A stretch of 64,000 nt of DNA from NCBI GenBank assembly GCA_965227515.1, contig CBDDFZ010000001.1:3200001-3264000 (forward strand), in the 5' to 3' direction. The stretch's first letter is position 1; every line of letters starts with the position of its first letter. Below, piece by piece: positions 51,856 to 61,695 of this stretch. The notes beneath the pieces were generated by a model. It saw nothing but the letters and a program-made list of their open reading frames with translations, searched no databases and was not told where the DNA came from. Source of the stretch: Alphaproteobacteria bacterium. Its GTDB lineage: Bacteria; Pseudomonadota; Alphaproteobacteria; CALKHQ01. A program made the translations under genes and the position numbers.

Positions 51856-52680
51856 CTAGAGCAGATCGTGCAGCATGGTCGTGACGCCCATGTGGCGGTA
51901 GTCGGGTCCTTCGAAGCCGAAGCTCGACATCGACAGCAGAACCAGCATGGCCAGGTCGTCATGGCAGCACACGCTCTGGTCGGGCGTGTTGGGTGCGTAC
52001 ACGTAGACGCTGTGGATCCTGTAGCCGGTGACGCAGCCGCGACTGTCCGGCAGCCGGGAGTCCTGCTGCATGGTGATGGTCCGGCCCTGGTTGGGCATGC
52101 TGAGCTGCAGCGACATCATCGAGACCGGGCCCAGGTCGTAGCGGTCGCACGCGTGACCGGTCACCACCTGCTCGCTCAGAATCAGGCTCTGGCTGTTCCC
52201 GCCATAGGGCGAGTAGCCGCCCATGATGGAGAAATTGGCCAGGTGGTCGGCCGCGTCGAGGTCGCTCAGCGGGCGATAGACCAGCAGGGTGCCGGTCTCC
52301 CCCGCGACGATGCCGTACTGGTTCAGGGCCGCCTGGGCCTGGCCCATCGCCTGGTCGCGGGCGCGGGTCACGCCGTCGACGATCAATTCGGGGTTCGGCA
52401 GCGACTCGATGTCGAGCTCGACCCGGATCGGCGTACCCGAAACCCAGTCATTGGCGGCGACATCGATGACGTAGATGGTGGAATAGGTGAAGCCGGAGGC
52501 ATCCTGCATGCCATAGTCTTCGTAGGCGACATAGCGGCCGTCGCGCGAGAAGCCGATCACCTCCGGCCGCGCAAGATCGCCGGCCTCGGCCGCGCCCGTC
52601 GCCAGCCCGGCCGCCAGCCCGGCCGCCATCGCGATTGCAGCACCGGTCCGAATCAATGCTGCGGCTAGGGTCCGTTTCAT
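51856..52680 (-). CDS. DUF2259-like secreted protein, paralog 2
   Basis: AGD..IGFSRDGRY.AYEDYG.QDASG...LPDSRGC..GYRI...GFEGPD.R. Confidence 0.8.
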   Translation of the reverse strand: MKRTLAAALIRTGAAIAMAAGLAAGLATGAAEAGDLARPEVIGFSRDGRYVAYEDYGMQDASGFTYSTIYVIDVAANDWVSGTPIRVELDIESLPNPELIVDGVTRARDQAMGQAQAALNQYGIVAGETGTLLVYRPLSDLDAADHLANFSIMGGYSPYGGNSQSLILSEQVVTGHACDRYDLGPVSMMSLQLSMPNQGRTITMQQDSRLPDSRGCVTGYRIHSVYVYAPNTPDQSVCCHDDLAMLVLLSMSSFGFEGPDYRHMGVTTMLHDLL

Positions 52681-52971
52681 TCCCGTGATCCTCCGACGAC
52701 CTGTAAGTGACGACGCCATTGCCAAGACGCCGCGCCCATTGGAACGCAAATGTGAACGCGCCGACCACTATTGAGACGCCGCCGGGCGACTTCATGCAAC
52801 CAAAGGACTTGGCGACATTGCATGCGCGGGCGTACTCTTGTTGTGCCGCCCCTGAGCACGACAAAGCAAACAGAATTACAACGTCGTTCTCGCGAATGGA
52901 CGGGGCTGGCTGGAACCGGCGGGTGCATTCACGCAGCCCGGCCGAACACCAAAAAGTTGCGGGAGGAACAC

Positions 52972-53424
52972 GTGGTTTCACTAACAGTCAATGGCGAGGA
53001 TCGCACTTTCGAGGGCGATCCCGATACCCCGGTCTTGTGGTACGTGCGCGACGAGTTGGGGCTCGCGGGCACCAAGTACGGCTGTGGCCAGGGCCTGTGC
53101 GGTGCGTGCACCGTGCATGTCGACGGCGTCGCGGTGCGCGGTTGCCAGACACCGATCTCGTCGGTCGAGGGCAAGTCGATCACCACGATCGAGGGCCTGT
53201 CGGAGGACGGCAACCATCCGGTCCAGGTGGCGTGGCGCGAGCTCAACGTGCCGCAATGCGGCTTCTGCCAAACCGGCCAGATCATGCAAGCCGCATCCCT
53301 GATCGCGCAGAACCCGAACCCGTCCGACGACGACATCCTAGGCGGCATGCAGGGCAATATCTGTCGTTGCGGCTGCTACCAGCGGATCGTCGCCGCGGTG
53401 CGCCAGGCCGCGACGGGAGCATAG
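52972..53424 (+). CDS. [2Fe-2S] subunit of an isoquinoline 1-oxidoreductase-like molybdoenzyme (IorA-like)
   Basis: [20 protein letters not shown]; GGAGG RBS. Confidence 0.92.
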   Translation: MVSLTVNGEDRTFEGDPDTPVLWYVRDELGLAGTKYGCGQGLCGACTVHVDGVAVRGCQTPISSVEGKSITTIEGLSEDGNHPVQVAWRELNVPQCGFCQTGQIMQAASLIAQNPNPSDDDILGGMQGNICRCGCYQRIVAAVRQAATGA

Positions 53425-53428
53425 AGCC

Positions 53429-55759
53429 ATGTTGCAATATCTGAACGACAACAGCGCCCCTGCATCCGCACCGGAGACAGGGACCGCGATCATCCAGAAC
53501 GTCAGCCGGCGCAATTTCCTGGCCGGTGCCACCGGCCTTGTGGTCGCGATGCAGTTCGTGCCGACGCGCGATGCGCAGGCGTTCGATTCCTATCCCCATG
53601 GCGGCCAGGGCATGCCCCACGGCGTGGTCAACGACCCGCATGTGTTTGTGTCCATCGACCCCGACGGCACGGTCACCATCGTGGCGCACCGTTCCGAGAT
53701 GGGCACCGGTTCGCGCACCAGCATTCCGATGATCATCGCCGACGAGATGGAAGCCGACTGGGACCGCGTGACGATCGTCCAGGCGCCCGGTGACGAGCCG
53801 AAATACGGCAACCAGGACACCGATGGCTCGCGCAGCCTGCGCCACCACATCCAGCCGGCCCGCGAAATCGGCGCTGCGGTCCGCCGCATGCTGGAAGAGG
53901 CGGCCGCCGCCGAGTGGGGCACCGACGTGCGCAACGTCACCGCCATCGGCCACGAGGTGGTGCACAACACGCTGGGAACGCGTCTCGGCTATGGCGACCT
54001 CGCCGAGGCGGCGATGTCGCTGCCGACGCCAGCGCGCGAGCTGCTGCGCTTCAAGGACGAGCGCGAGTTCCGCTATATCGGCCGGGGTGCGGTGCAGATC
54101 ACCGACCTGCACGACATCACCACCGGCAAGGCCGTGTACGGTGCGGACGTCTCGCTGCCCGGCATGCGCTTCGCTGCCGTCGCCCGGCCGCCCGTCGTGG
54201 GGGGCACGGTTGTCAGCGTCGATTCCAGTGCGGCGCTCGCCGTGCCTGGCGTAGAGCAGGTGATCGAGATTCCCGGCAGCATTCCGCCTGCGAAGTTCGC
54301 GCCCCTGGGCGGCGTCGCCGTCATCGCCACCAGCACCTGGGCGGCCATGAAGGGCCGCGATGCGCTGGTGATCGAATGGGATGATGGCCCGCATGCCGGC
54401 TTCACGACGTCCGAGTACCGGCAGGAGCTCAGCGCCTCGGCCAATGCGCCGGGCAATGTGGTCCGCGACCAGGGCGATGTCGATGCGGCCATGGCGGGTG
54501 CGGCACGCGTGTTCAGTGCCGAGTACTACCAGCCGCACATGGTGCATGCGCCGATGGAGCCGTTGGTGGCGCTCGCCAATTACGCCGACGGCAAGTGCGA
54601 GATCTGGGCGCCTGTGCAGAGCCCCTATGTCGCGCGTGTCGATGCGGCGGAGTTCCTGGGCATGGACCCGGCCGACGTGACCATGAACGTCACTCTGCTG
54701 GGCGGCGGTTTCGGCCGCAAGTCGAAGGGCGACTTCGCCACCGAGGCGGCGTTCCTGTCGCGCGAGGCCGGGGTTCCGGTGCGCGTGCAGTGGACGCGCG
54801 AGGACGACATCCGCCACAGCTTCTACCACACCACCTCGGTGGAGCGGATCGACATCGGGCTGGATGCCGACAACACGCCGGTCGCGTGGCTGCACCGCAG
54901 TGCCGCACCGTCGTTCCTGTCGACGTTCGCGCCTGACCAGGGCGTGCAGCATCCGATCGAGCTCGGCATGGGCCTGATCGACATGCCGTTCGACATCCCG
55001 AACATCCGGGCCGAGCAGTGCCAGGCCTTGGCGCATACCCGTGTGGGCTGGTTCCGGGCAGTGTCGAACATCCCGCGCGCGTTCGCGGTGCAGTCGGCAG
55101 CGGCCGAACTGGCAGCGGAACTCGGTGTCGACCAGAAGGACTTCCTGCTGCAGCTGATTGGCGAAGGCCGGGTGCTCGACCCCGCGTCGTCGGGCCTGCC
55201 GGAGGACTTCTGGAACTACGGCGAGCCTTATGGCGAGTTCCCGAACGACACCAGTCGGCTGCGCAACGTGGTCGAATTGGCTGCCGAGGAGGCCGGCTGG
55301 GGCCAGGATCTGCCGGAAGGCGAGGCCATGGGCATTGCTGCGCACCGCAGCTTCGTGTCCTACGTCGCCGCGGTGGTGCGCGCGAAGGTGGCCAACGGCA
55401 CCGTGACCGTGCCGGAGGTTCACGTCGCCATCGACTGCGGCTTCATGGCCAACCCGGAGCGGGTGCGCTCGCAGATGCAGGGTGCGGCGGTGTTTGCCAT
55501 GACGGCGGCGATGCATGGCGGGATCACGTTCGAAAACGGCCGTGTCGTGGAGTCGAACTTCCACGACTACCAAATGGTGCGCTCGTCGAACTTCCCGGAG
55601 GTGGTGCACACCCATGTTGTGCCGCATCCGTTCGCCGTCCACGCCACCGGCGTCGGCGAGCCCGGCGTGCCGCCGTTCATTCCGGCACTGACCAACGCCA
55701 TCTTCAACGCCAGCGGCATTCGCATCCGTGACCTGCCGATCGGCAATCAGTTGGCATAG
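53429..55759 (+). CDS. molybdopterin-binding subunit (IorB-like) with Tat signal
   Basis: SRRNFL, SEMG.G, TDGS.S, HAPMEP, GGGFGRK, GVGEPG. Confidence 0.92.
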   Translation: MLQYLNDNSAPASAPETGTAIIQNVSRRNFLAGATGLVVAMQFVPTRDAQAFDSYPHGGQGMPHGVVNDPHVFVSIDPDGTVTIVAHRSEMGTGSRTSIPMIIADEMEADWDRVTIVQAPGDEPKYGNQDTDGSRSLRHHIQPAREIGAAVRRMLEEAAAAEWGTDVRNVTAIGHEVVHNTLGTRLGYGDLAEAAMSLPTPARELLRFKDEREFRYIGRGAVQITDLHDITTGKAVYGADVSLPGMRFAAVARPPVVGGTVVSVDSSAALAVPGVEQVIEIPGSIPPAKFAPLGGVAVIATSTWAAMKGRDALVIEWDDGPHAGFTTSEYRQELSASANAPGNVVRDQGDVDAAMAGAARVFSAEYYQPHMVHAPMEPLVALANYADGKCEIWAPVQSPYVARVDAAEFLGMDPADVTMNVTLLGGGFGRKSKGDFATEAAFLSREAGVPVRVQWTREDDIRHSFYHTTSVERIDIGLDADNTPVAWLHRSAAPSFLSTFAPDQGVQHPIELGMGLIDMPFDIPNIRAEQCQALAHTRVGWFRAVSNIPRAFAVQSAAAELAAELGVDQKDFLLQLIGEGRVLDPASSGLPEDFWNYGEPYGEFPNDTSRLRNVVELAAEEAGWGQDLPEGEAMGIAAHRSFVSYVAAVVRAKVANGTVTVPEVHVAIDCGFMANPERVRSQMQGAAVFAMTAAMHGGITFENGRVVESNFHDYQMVRSSNFPEVVHTHVVPHPFAVHATGVGEPGVPPFIPALTNAIFNASGIRIRDLPIGNQLA

Positions 55760-55785
55760 CCCGACCTTCAGGTTGGATATCTGCG

Positions 55786-55816
55786 ACCGGCGGGGTCTTG
55801 GCCCCGCCGGTTTTTT
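55786..55816 (+). terminator. rho-independent terminator
   Basis: ACCGGCGGGG-loop-CCCCGCCGGT followed by a T run. Confidence 0.85.
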
Positions 55817-55919
55817 CGCGTCACCGACACATAACGTCCTTTATGTGATAGAGTTGAGGTGATGGCTCAACTCCCGCACACTATCGGATTATTCTACGGC
55901 TCAGCATGGCAACGGTCTT

Positions 55920-56351
55920 TCATGGCTCTTGGTCATGCCGTGTGTTGGAGTGGTCTGCCAAGGCGTCAACAATGTGACACCGTTTGATGCTGCCTCCGCT
56001 GCAAGCTCGGACCATGCGTTCCAATTCCGCCCTTAGGGCCGTGAGGAGAGCGATGCGTCCGGTCACGTCGTCAAGGTGCGCCTTCGCAATCGCAGTGACT
56101 GCCTCGCATGACTGATCCGGATGATCGGTTAGCTCCAGCAACTCGCGCACGGCCGTTTGCGGAAAACCGAGTTCACGGCAGTGTCGGATAAAAACAAGCC
56201 GCGCCATGTGCGCGGATCCATAGAGTCGCGTATTGCCGGCTGACCGGCAGGGCTCTGGCAACAGGCCGATTCTCTCGTAGTACCGAATTGTAGGAACCTT
56301 GCAGCCAGTCTCACGCGCCAGATGGCCGATTGTGAACGCCGGCGGGGCCAT
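55920..56351 (-). CDS. MerR family metal sensor (CadR/PbrR/ZntR-like)
   Basis: TIG.LA..TG....TIRYYE.IGL; three Cys (QSCE, ACSGG, RCHI). Confidence 0.9.
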   Translation of the reverse strand: MAPPAFTIGHLARETGCKVPTIRYYERIGLLPEPCRSAGNTRLYGSAHMARLVFIRHCRELGFPQTAVRELLELTDHPDQSCEAVTAIAKAHLDDVTGRIALLTALRAELERMVRACSGGSIKRCHIVDALADHSNTRHDQEP

Positions 56352-56361
56352 CAAATTCTCC

Positions 56362-56392
56362 TTGAATCTATAGGTGCTATAGATCGTAGAGT
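56362..56392 (+). promoter_or_regulatory. MerR-type promoter with 19-bp spacer and dyad operator
   Basis: TTGAAT-19 bp-TAGAGT; dyad ATCTATAG-GTG-CTATAGAT at 56366-56384. Confidence 0.85.
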
Positions 56393-56475
56393 GACGACCC
56401 GTCAGCGTGCAAGGCTCTGCCGGAGCGCAATTGCGATGAACAAGCTGTGTTTGAATATCGAAGTGGAGCGAATCA

Positions 56476-56865
56476 ATGAGCTACACCGTGGATCGTACGA
56501 TTGTGGACCAGGATTTTGAATCGCTAGTGCAGAGGACTCGAACCGCGCTCGCCGATCAGGGGTTCGGCGTGCTTACCGAGATCGATGTAAAGGCGACACT
56601 CAAGAAAAAACTTGGTGTAGATATCGGCGACTATCTGATCCCGGGCGCATGCAATCCACAAATGGCACACAACGCGATGCAAATTGAGCCGAAGGTTGGC
56701 GCAATGTTGCCATGCAACATCATACTGCGAAGTGTCGAAAAGAGCGGCGTCATGGTCAGCGCAATCGATCCCGTCGAGTCCATGGCATCAATTGACAACG
56801 CAGAACTGAAATCTGTTGCCGGTGCGGTCAAGGAAATGCTGGCAACCGTGGTTGCCAATATCTGA
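56476..56865 (+). CDS. DUF302 protein
   Basis: GFGVLTEID..ATLKKKL...GACNP..A...GAMLPCN...DP. Confidence 0.9.
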   Translation: MSYTVDRTIVDQDFESLVQRTRTALADQGFGVLTEIDVKATLKKKLGVDIGDYLIPGACNPQMAHNAMQIEPKVGAMLPCNIILRSVEKSGVMVSAIDPVESMASIDNAELKSVAGAVKEMLATVVANI

Positions 56866-56889
56866 CGGTCTGAACCGGAAGCGGTTGCC

Positions 56890-57522
56890 ATGTCTGGTTG
56901 TGGATGCGGGAGTGAGTCGAAGTTCGAGGGTTGCTCGACAGGCTATCGGCGTGTCCTTTGGGCGGTGATCGGGATCAATGCGACGATGTTCCTGGTCGAA
57001 TTGGCTGTTGGCATGGTTGCCGAATCCCAGGCCTTGCAAGCCGACGCGCTCGATTTTCTGGGCGATACGGCGACTTATACCATTTCGCTATTTGTTATCG
57101 GCATGCCCTTGATGTGGCGCGCACGAGCCGCCCTTTTTAAGGGATTGAGCCTCGGCCTGATGGGTCTATGGGTGCTGGGCTCCACGATCTATCACGTCGC
57201 CATCCTGGGTAATCCGCAGCCGGCATTGATGGGCGCAATCGGCTTCGTCGCTCTTGCCGCCAACCTGATCAGTGTTCTGCTTCTGCTCAAATACCGCGAT
57301 GGCGATGCAAATGTTCGGTCGGTCTGGTTGTGCAGTCGTAACGATGCAATCGGCAACTTGGCCGTTATCTTGGCGGCGAGCGGGGTTTGGGCGACGGGTA
57401 CTGCCTGGCCGGACCTCGTCGTGGCAGTTGCCATGGCGAGCTTGTTCCTATGGTCGGCGGTACAGATCATCCGACAGGCTCTCGTCGAACTGCAAAGAGC
57501 AAAGGCGATCCCGGCTGAGTAA
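56890..57522 (+). CDS. cation efflux (CDF-like) transporter lacking the C-terminal domain
   Basis: MSGCGC; SQALQADALDFLGD; SVWLCSRNDAIGN; WPD. Confidence 0.88.
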   Translation: MSGCGCGSESKFEGCSTGYRRVLWAVIGINATMFLVELAVGMVAESQALQADALDFLGDTATYTISLFVIGMPLMWRARAALFKGLSLGLMGLWVLGSTIYHVAILGNPQPALMGAIGFVALAANLISVLLLLKYRDGDANVRSVWLCSRNDAIGNLAVILAASGVWATGTAWPDLVVAVAMASLFLWSAVQIIRQALVELQRAKAIPAE

Positions 57523-57536
57523 ACGGAGCAGATGCC

Positions 57537-58127
57537 ATGCGTAGACATAAGATCTATTGGCTGATCACAGGACCGTGCGTGGGCGTGGTTTTGGCTGTCC
57601 TGTGCAGTGGCATGACGGGTCTCGATCGTGCATTCGCCCAATCGCCACCCCAGAGCGCGCAGCCTGGCCAATGGGATATGTGGGATCCATATTGGATGCA
57701 GCGTGATTTGTGGGATCATGGTCAGATGGGCACCGGCATGCCGCAAAGGATGGTGCGCCACTGGACTTTCATGCATCAAGGAATTCCGGCGGATTACCAG
57801 GGTGCGGGCAATCCCTTTGGGCCGGATGCGGAAACCATTGCAACAGGGCGGGTGCTGTATCAGGCAAACTGTGCGATCTGCCACGGGCCGACAGGCATGG
57901 GTGACGGTGAAGCCGCCAACTCGCTCAGTCCGTCGCCGGCATTGCTTGCCTACATGATCCAAATGCCGATGATGGTTGATGAGTACATGCTCTGGACCAT
58001 TTCTGAAGGTGGTGAAGCGTTCGGCACAGCGATGCCCGCCTTCAAAGGCATTCTGACAAAAGACGAAATCTGGTACATTATTACTTATATGCGAACCGGG
58101 TTTCCTGCCGAAGAGACGCAACAATGA
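57537..58127 (+). CDS. Met-rich monoheme cytochrome c
   Basis: Signal peptide, CAICHG, MPAF. Confidence 0.88.
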   Translation: MRRHKIYWLITGPCVGVVLAVLCSGMTGLDRAFAQSPPQSAQPGQWDMWDPYWMQRDLWDHGQMGTGMPQRMVRHWTFMHQGIPADYQGAGNPFGPDAETIATGRVLYQANCAICHGPTGMGDGEAANSLSPSPALLAYMIQMPMMVDEYMLWTISEGGEAFGTAMPAFKGILTKDEIWYIITYMRTGFPAEETQQ

Positions 58128-58468
58128 GGGCTATTCCTATGACTAGGTTCCTCCGTTTTCTAGTTTGGTTGGGTGGGGCTTTTTTTGCCTCGGCCCCAGT
58201 TCTCGCGCAACAAGCCCAGGGGTCCTCCTACGGACCGCATATGTGGGACGGCGGCTGGTTTTTTGGCCCGATCATGCTGATCGTGTTCATCGCCGTGGCG
58301 GTGGTCGTGGTCGTGCTCCTGGTCCGCTGGCTTGGTGGACCTGGGCATGGCGGTGCTATTCACGGCCCACCCGGCAAGACACCTCTGGATGTGCTCAAGG
58401 AAAGATTTGCCAGAGGCGAGATCGACAAAGATGAGTTCGAAGAGCGGCGGCGCGTACTTGGTGAATAG
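58124..58468 (+). CDS. SHOCT-domain membrane protein
   Basis: LKERFARGEIDKDEFEERR. Confidence 0.88.
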   Translation: MRAIPMTRFLRFLVWLGGAFFASAPVLAQQAQGSSYGPHMWDGGWFFGPIMLIVFIAVAVVVVVLLVRWLGGPGHGGAIHGPPGKTPLDVLKERFARGEIDKDEFEERRRVLGE

Positions 58469-58629
58469 AGGGCACGCACATCGCACTGCAAATGACGGTT
58501 TTGAGTCATTTGTCACCGTTGCCAGGCAACCTGATACACGTCTGAAAGGCCACAGAATGCGGGCATATTAAATGTCCCATTTATGGCAAAAATATCTGCC
58601 CGAATCGTCGCGTCGAGTGACGGTGCCTA

Positions 58630-58776
<147 letters not shown>

Positions 58777-58908
58777 TCATAACCACTTTTGTGTAATAAA
58801 TCAGCGTGTTGAGCTGGATAGCTGCCCACTTTCCACAATCCCAATTATGCAACCATCACTGTCGATGCCCGAAGGAATTGATCCCTTAGGCAACACTCAG
58901 TCTCTCCC

Positions 58909-60297
58909 CTACCCCGCCGTGTCGGCGCCGCCCAGATAGGGTTCCGGCAGCCAGGTGCCGTCGGTCGGCACGCCGGCGCGGGCGAACAGGTCGTCGCGCT
59001 GGGCATAGACCCGGCTCCGGACGTGGTCGAGGTCGACACCAACAAGCTGCTTGCCGCGTTTCTTGGTCTCACCGGCGACCCAGATGCTGTCGACATTGCC
59101 TGTGTTGGCGCATTCCACGATGGCGCCGTAGGGGTTGTTCATCGGGAACATGTTGAGCGCGCCGGTGTCGACCAGGATCAGGTCGGCCTGCTTGCCGGGC
59201 GTCAGGCTGCCGATCCTGTCGTCCAGGCCGCATGCCTTCGCGCCCTGCTGGGTCGCGAAGTCCAGAATATCGGTGGTCATCAACGGCACCGGATCGACCA
59301 GCCGTTTCTCGTCCAGCGCCTTGCCGTTGAGCACCACCCTGGTGCCGGCCAACAGCATGCGCATGGCGCCGAACATGTCGCCGGCGATGGAGGTCACGAT
59401 ATCGATGGAGATCGAAGGTCGGATTCCGACCTCCAGCATGCGCATGGTTGCGAGCCAGCCATGGCCCATGGATAGTTCGACCTCGGGCGAGATCGACGTC
59501 GTCGCGCCGCAATCCGCGATCATCGGAAACTCGTCGTCAGCCAGCGTATTGCAGTGGACGAACGTCATGTCGTCGCCAAGCAGGCCGCGATCTCGCATCT
59601 GCTCGATAGGGCGGGTGGTTCCCCACAGGCCGTCGCCGACGTGCATGGTGATGCGCAGTCCCAGATCGCGCGCGTGGTTCAGTTCCTGCTCGGTGATGTC
59701 GAGGCTGGTGAACTGCGGCCCCCTCGCCGCGAACGCCATGGTGGCCAGCCCATCGTCGGACGCGAAGTGGGTGTTCCGGACCCGGGTGATGTCGGCCAGG
59801 TTGGCGGGCTGGTCGCTGGGCGGCACCCATTCGTCGTTGGTGTTGCCGTAGCCGAACACGCCGCGCAGGCCGGCGTCCTTCAGCCCCTTCACCGCCGCGT
59901 CGGCGTGGTCGGGCGTGTTGTTGTTGTGCGACCAGTCGTAGAGCGTGGTGATGCCGCTATCCAGTGCTTCCAGCGCGCCCAGATGGTTGGCGACGTACAT
60001 ATCCTCCGGCGTGTAGAGCCGGCCCATCACGCCCCGCACCCCGGCGAAATACTGGCCGAGCGTCCAGTCGGCGGCGGTCCCGCGCAACAACGCCTGCCAG
60101 GTGTGGCGGTGGGAGTCGACGAAGCCGGGCAGCGCGATCATGCCGTCGGCCGCGACGATTTCGGCATCGTCGGCGGAAATCGATGGCGCGACCTCCATGA
60201 TCTTGTCGTCGCCGATCAGAATGTCGGCGCTGGGGAAGTCGCCCAACGCCTTGTCCATGGTCAGCACCGTGGCGCCGCGAATCAGTGTCTTGCGCAA
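58909..60297 (-). CDS. amidohydrolase/deaminase (SsnA/AtzA-like)
   Basis: PGFVDSHRH, MHVG, VHC, SID, GSLTPGKQADL. Confidence 0.9.
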   Translation of the reverse strand: MRKTLIRGATVLTMDKALGDFPSADILIGDDKIMEVAPSISADDAEIVAADGMIALPGFVDSHRHTWQALLRGTAADWTLGQYFAGVRGVMGRLYTPEDMYVANHLGALEALDSGITTLYDWSHNNNTPDHADAAVKGLKDAGLRGVFGYGNTNDEWVPPSDQPANLADITRVRNTHFASDDGLATMAFAARGPQFTSLDITEQELNHARDLGLRITMHVGDGLWGTTRPIEQMRDRGLLGDDMTFVHCNTLADDEFPMIADCGATTSISPEVELSMGHGWLATMRMLEVGIRPSISIDIVTSIAGDMFGAMRMLLAGTRVVLNGKALDEKRLVDPVPLMTTDILDFATQQGAKACGLDDRIGSLTPGKQADLILVDTGALNMFPMNNPYGAIVECANTGNVDSIWVAGETKKRGKQLVGVDLDHVRSRVYAQRDDLFARAGVPTDGTWLPEPYLGGADTAG

Positions 60298-60456
60298 TGC
60301 CTGTTCCTCCCGAGTGCCGCCTGTTGAGGGGCGGCTTTGGGTCTAGCTTAGCCGGCATTGCGGCGGCTCGCCACGGGCGGGGCCGCTTCAGTCGGTCCAT
60401 GCGTGCTGTATAGTGTCTACACCAAGATCAAAAATGTGACATCGGAGGGAACGCGC

Positions 60457-61695
60457 ATGGGCCACGCCATTGTGGTGGGTGGGTCGCTGGGCGGCCTGTT
60501 TGCGGGCTGCAACCTGCGGAAGATCGGCTGGGACGTGACCGTCCTGGAGCGCACGGCGGGCGAGCTCACCGGGCGCGGCGCCGGCCTGGGCGTTCACGCG
60601 CCGATGGTGCAGACCCTGCTGGCGGCTGGGTGCCACGTGGATACGACGCTTGGCGTCCCGATCCCCGGGCGGGTGTGCTTCGCGCGCGACGGCAGCGAGC
60701 TTGCGCGCATCGACATGCCGCAGTTCGGTATCTCGTGGGGCAAGCTCTATGCCCTGCTCAGTGAGGTGTTTCCAGCCGAGCACATCCGCCGCGGTGCCGC
60801 GGTGCAGTCCGTGGAGCAGGACGCGGATGGCGTGACCGCGCACCTTGAGGATGGCTCCACCGTGCACGGCGACATCCTGATCGGCGCCGATGGCGTGCGC
60901 TCCGCCGTGCGCCGTCAATTCCTGCCCGAGGTCTCGTTCGAATATGCCGGCTATATCTGCTGGCGCGGGCTGACGCCCGAAGCAGCGCTCTCCCCCGAGG
61001 CGCACGCCAAGCAGTTCAACATCTTCGCGTTCGCAATCCCGGAGGGCGAGCACATCCTTGGCTACCCGGTCCCGGGCGACAACGAGGACGTGCGCCCCGG
61101 CCACCGTTGCTACAACGTGGTCTGGTACCGGCCCGTCGACCCGAACAACGGCCTTAAGGACATGCAGACCGATGCCGAGGGCAACTACTATCCGGACGGC
61201 ATTCCACCCCATCTGATCCGGCGCGACGTGGTCGAGCGGATGTACCGCGATGCCGAAGCGTCGTTGCCGAAGGCCTATGTGGAGTTCGTGAAGGCCATTC
61301 CGCAGCCCCTGTTCCAGCCGATCGGCGACCTTGAGTCGCCCCGCATGTCGTTCGGCCGGGTGGCGACGCTGGGCGATGCCGCCTTCACCGCCCGCCCCCA
61401 TGTCGCGCAGGGCGCCATCAAGGCCGGGTTCGATGCGATGGAACTTGCCGCGTCGTTGAGCGCGGAAGACAGTGTGGAGGCTGGGCTCGCCCGCTATGAC
61501 TCGATCCGCCAGCCGGCCAGCCAGGCGGTGGTCGAGGAGTCGCGCCGGCTGGGCGCCTATCTGGAAGGCAAGCTCGGCAAGATCGACCGCGATCCGGAGA
61601 AGGTGCTGCGCGACAATGGCGGGGTGAACGATGACGATGCCAACGCCGATGGCGGGGTGATGATCGGCCTGCTGAAGGAACTGGGTTACGCTTGA
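60457..61695 (+). CDS. FAD-dependent monooxygenase (2,6-dihydroxypyridine hydroxylase-like)
   Basis: GGSLGG, GAG, GADG.RS.VR, YAGY..WRG, GDAAF.ARPH. Confidence 0.88.
   Translation: MGHAIVVGGSLGGLFAGCNLRKIGWDVTVLERTAGELTGRGAGLGVHAPMVQTLLAAGCHVDTTLGVPIPGRVCFARDGSELARIDMPQFGISWGKLYALLSEVFPAEHIRRGAAVQSVEQDADGVTAHLEDGSTVHGDILIGADGVRSAVRRQFLPEVSFEYAGYICWRGLTPEAALSPEAHAKQFNIFAFAIPEGEHILGYPVPGDNEDVRPGHRCYNVVWYRPVDPNNGLKDMQTDAEGNYYPDGIPPHLIRRDVVERMYRDAEASLPKAYVEFVKAIPQPLFQPIGDLESPRMSFGRVATLGDAAFTARPHVAQGAIKAGFDAMELAASLSAEDSVEAGLARYDSIRQPASQAVVEESRRLGAYLEGKLGKIDRDPEKVLRDNGGVNDDDANADGGVMIGLLKELGYA

Noticed and set aside
53282-55642. 786-aa minus-strand ORF
   Set aside because: Shadow of the iorB-like gene
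60407-60421. TGTATAGTGTCTACA imperfect dyad between divergent genes
   Set aside because: Plausible operator, but no cognate regulator is adjacent and the match is too weak to call
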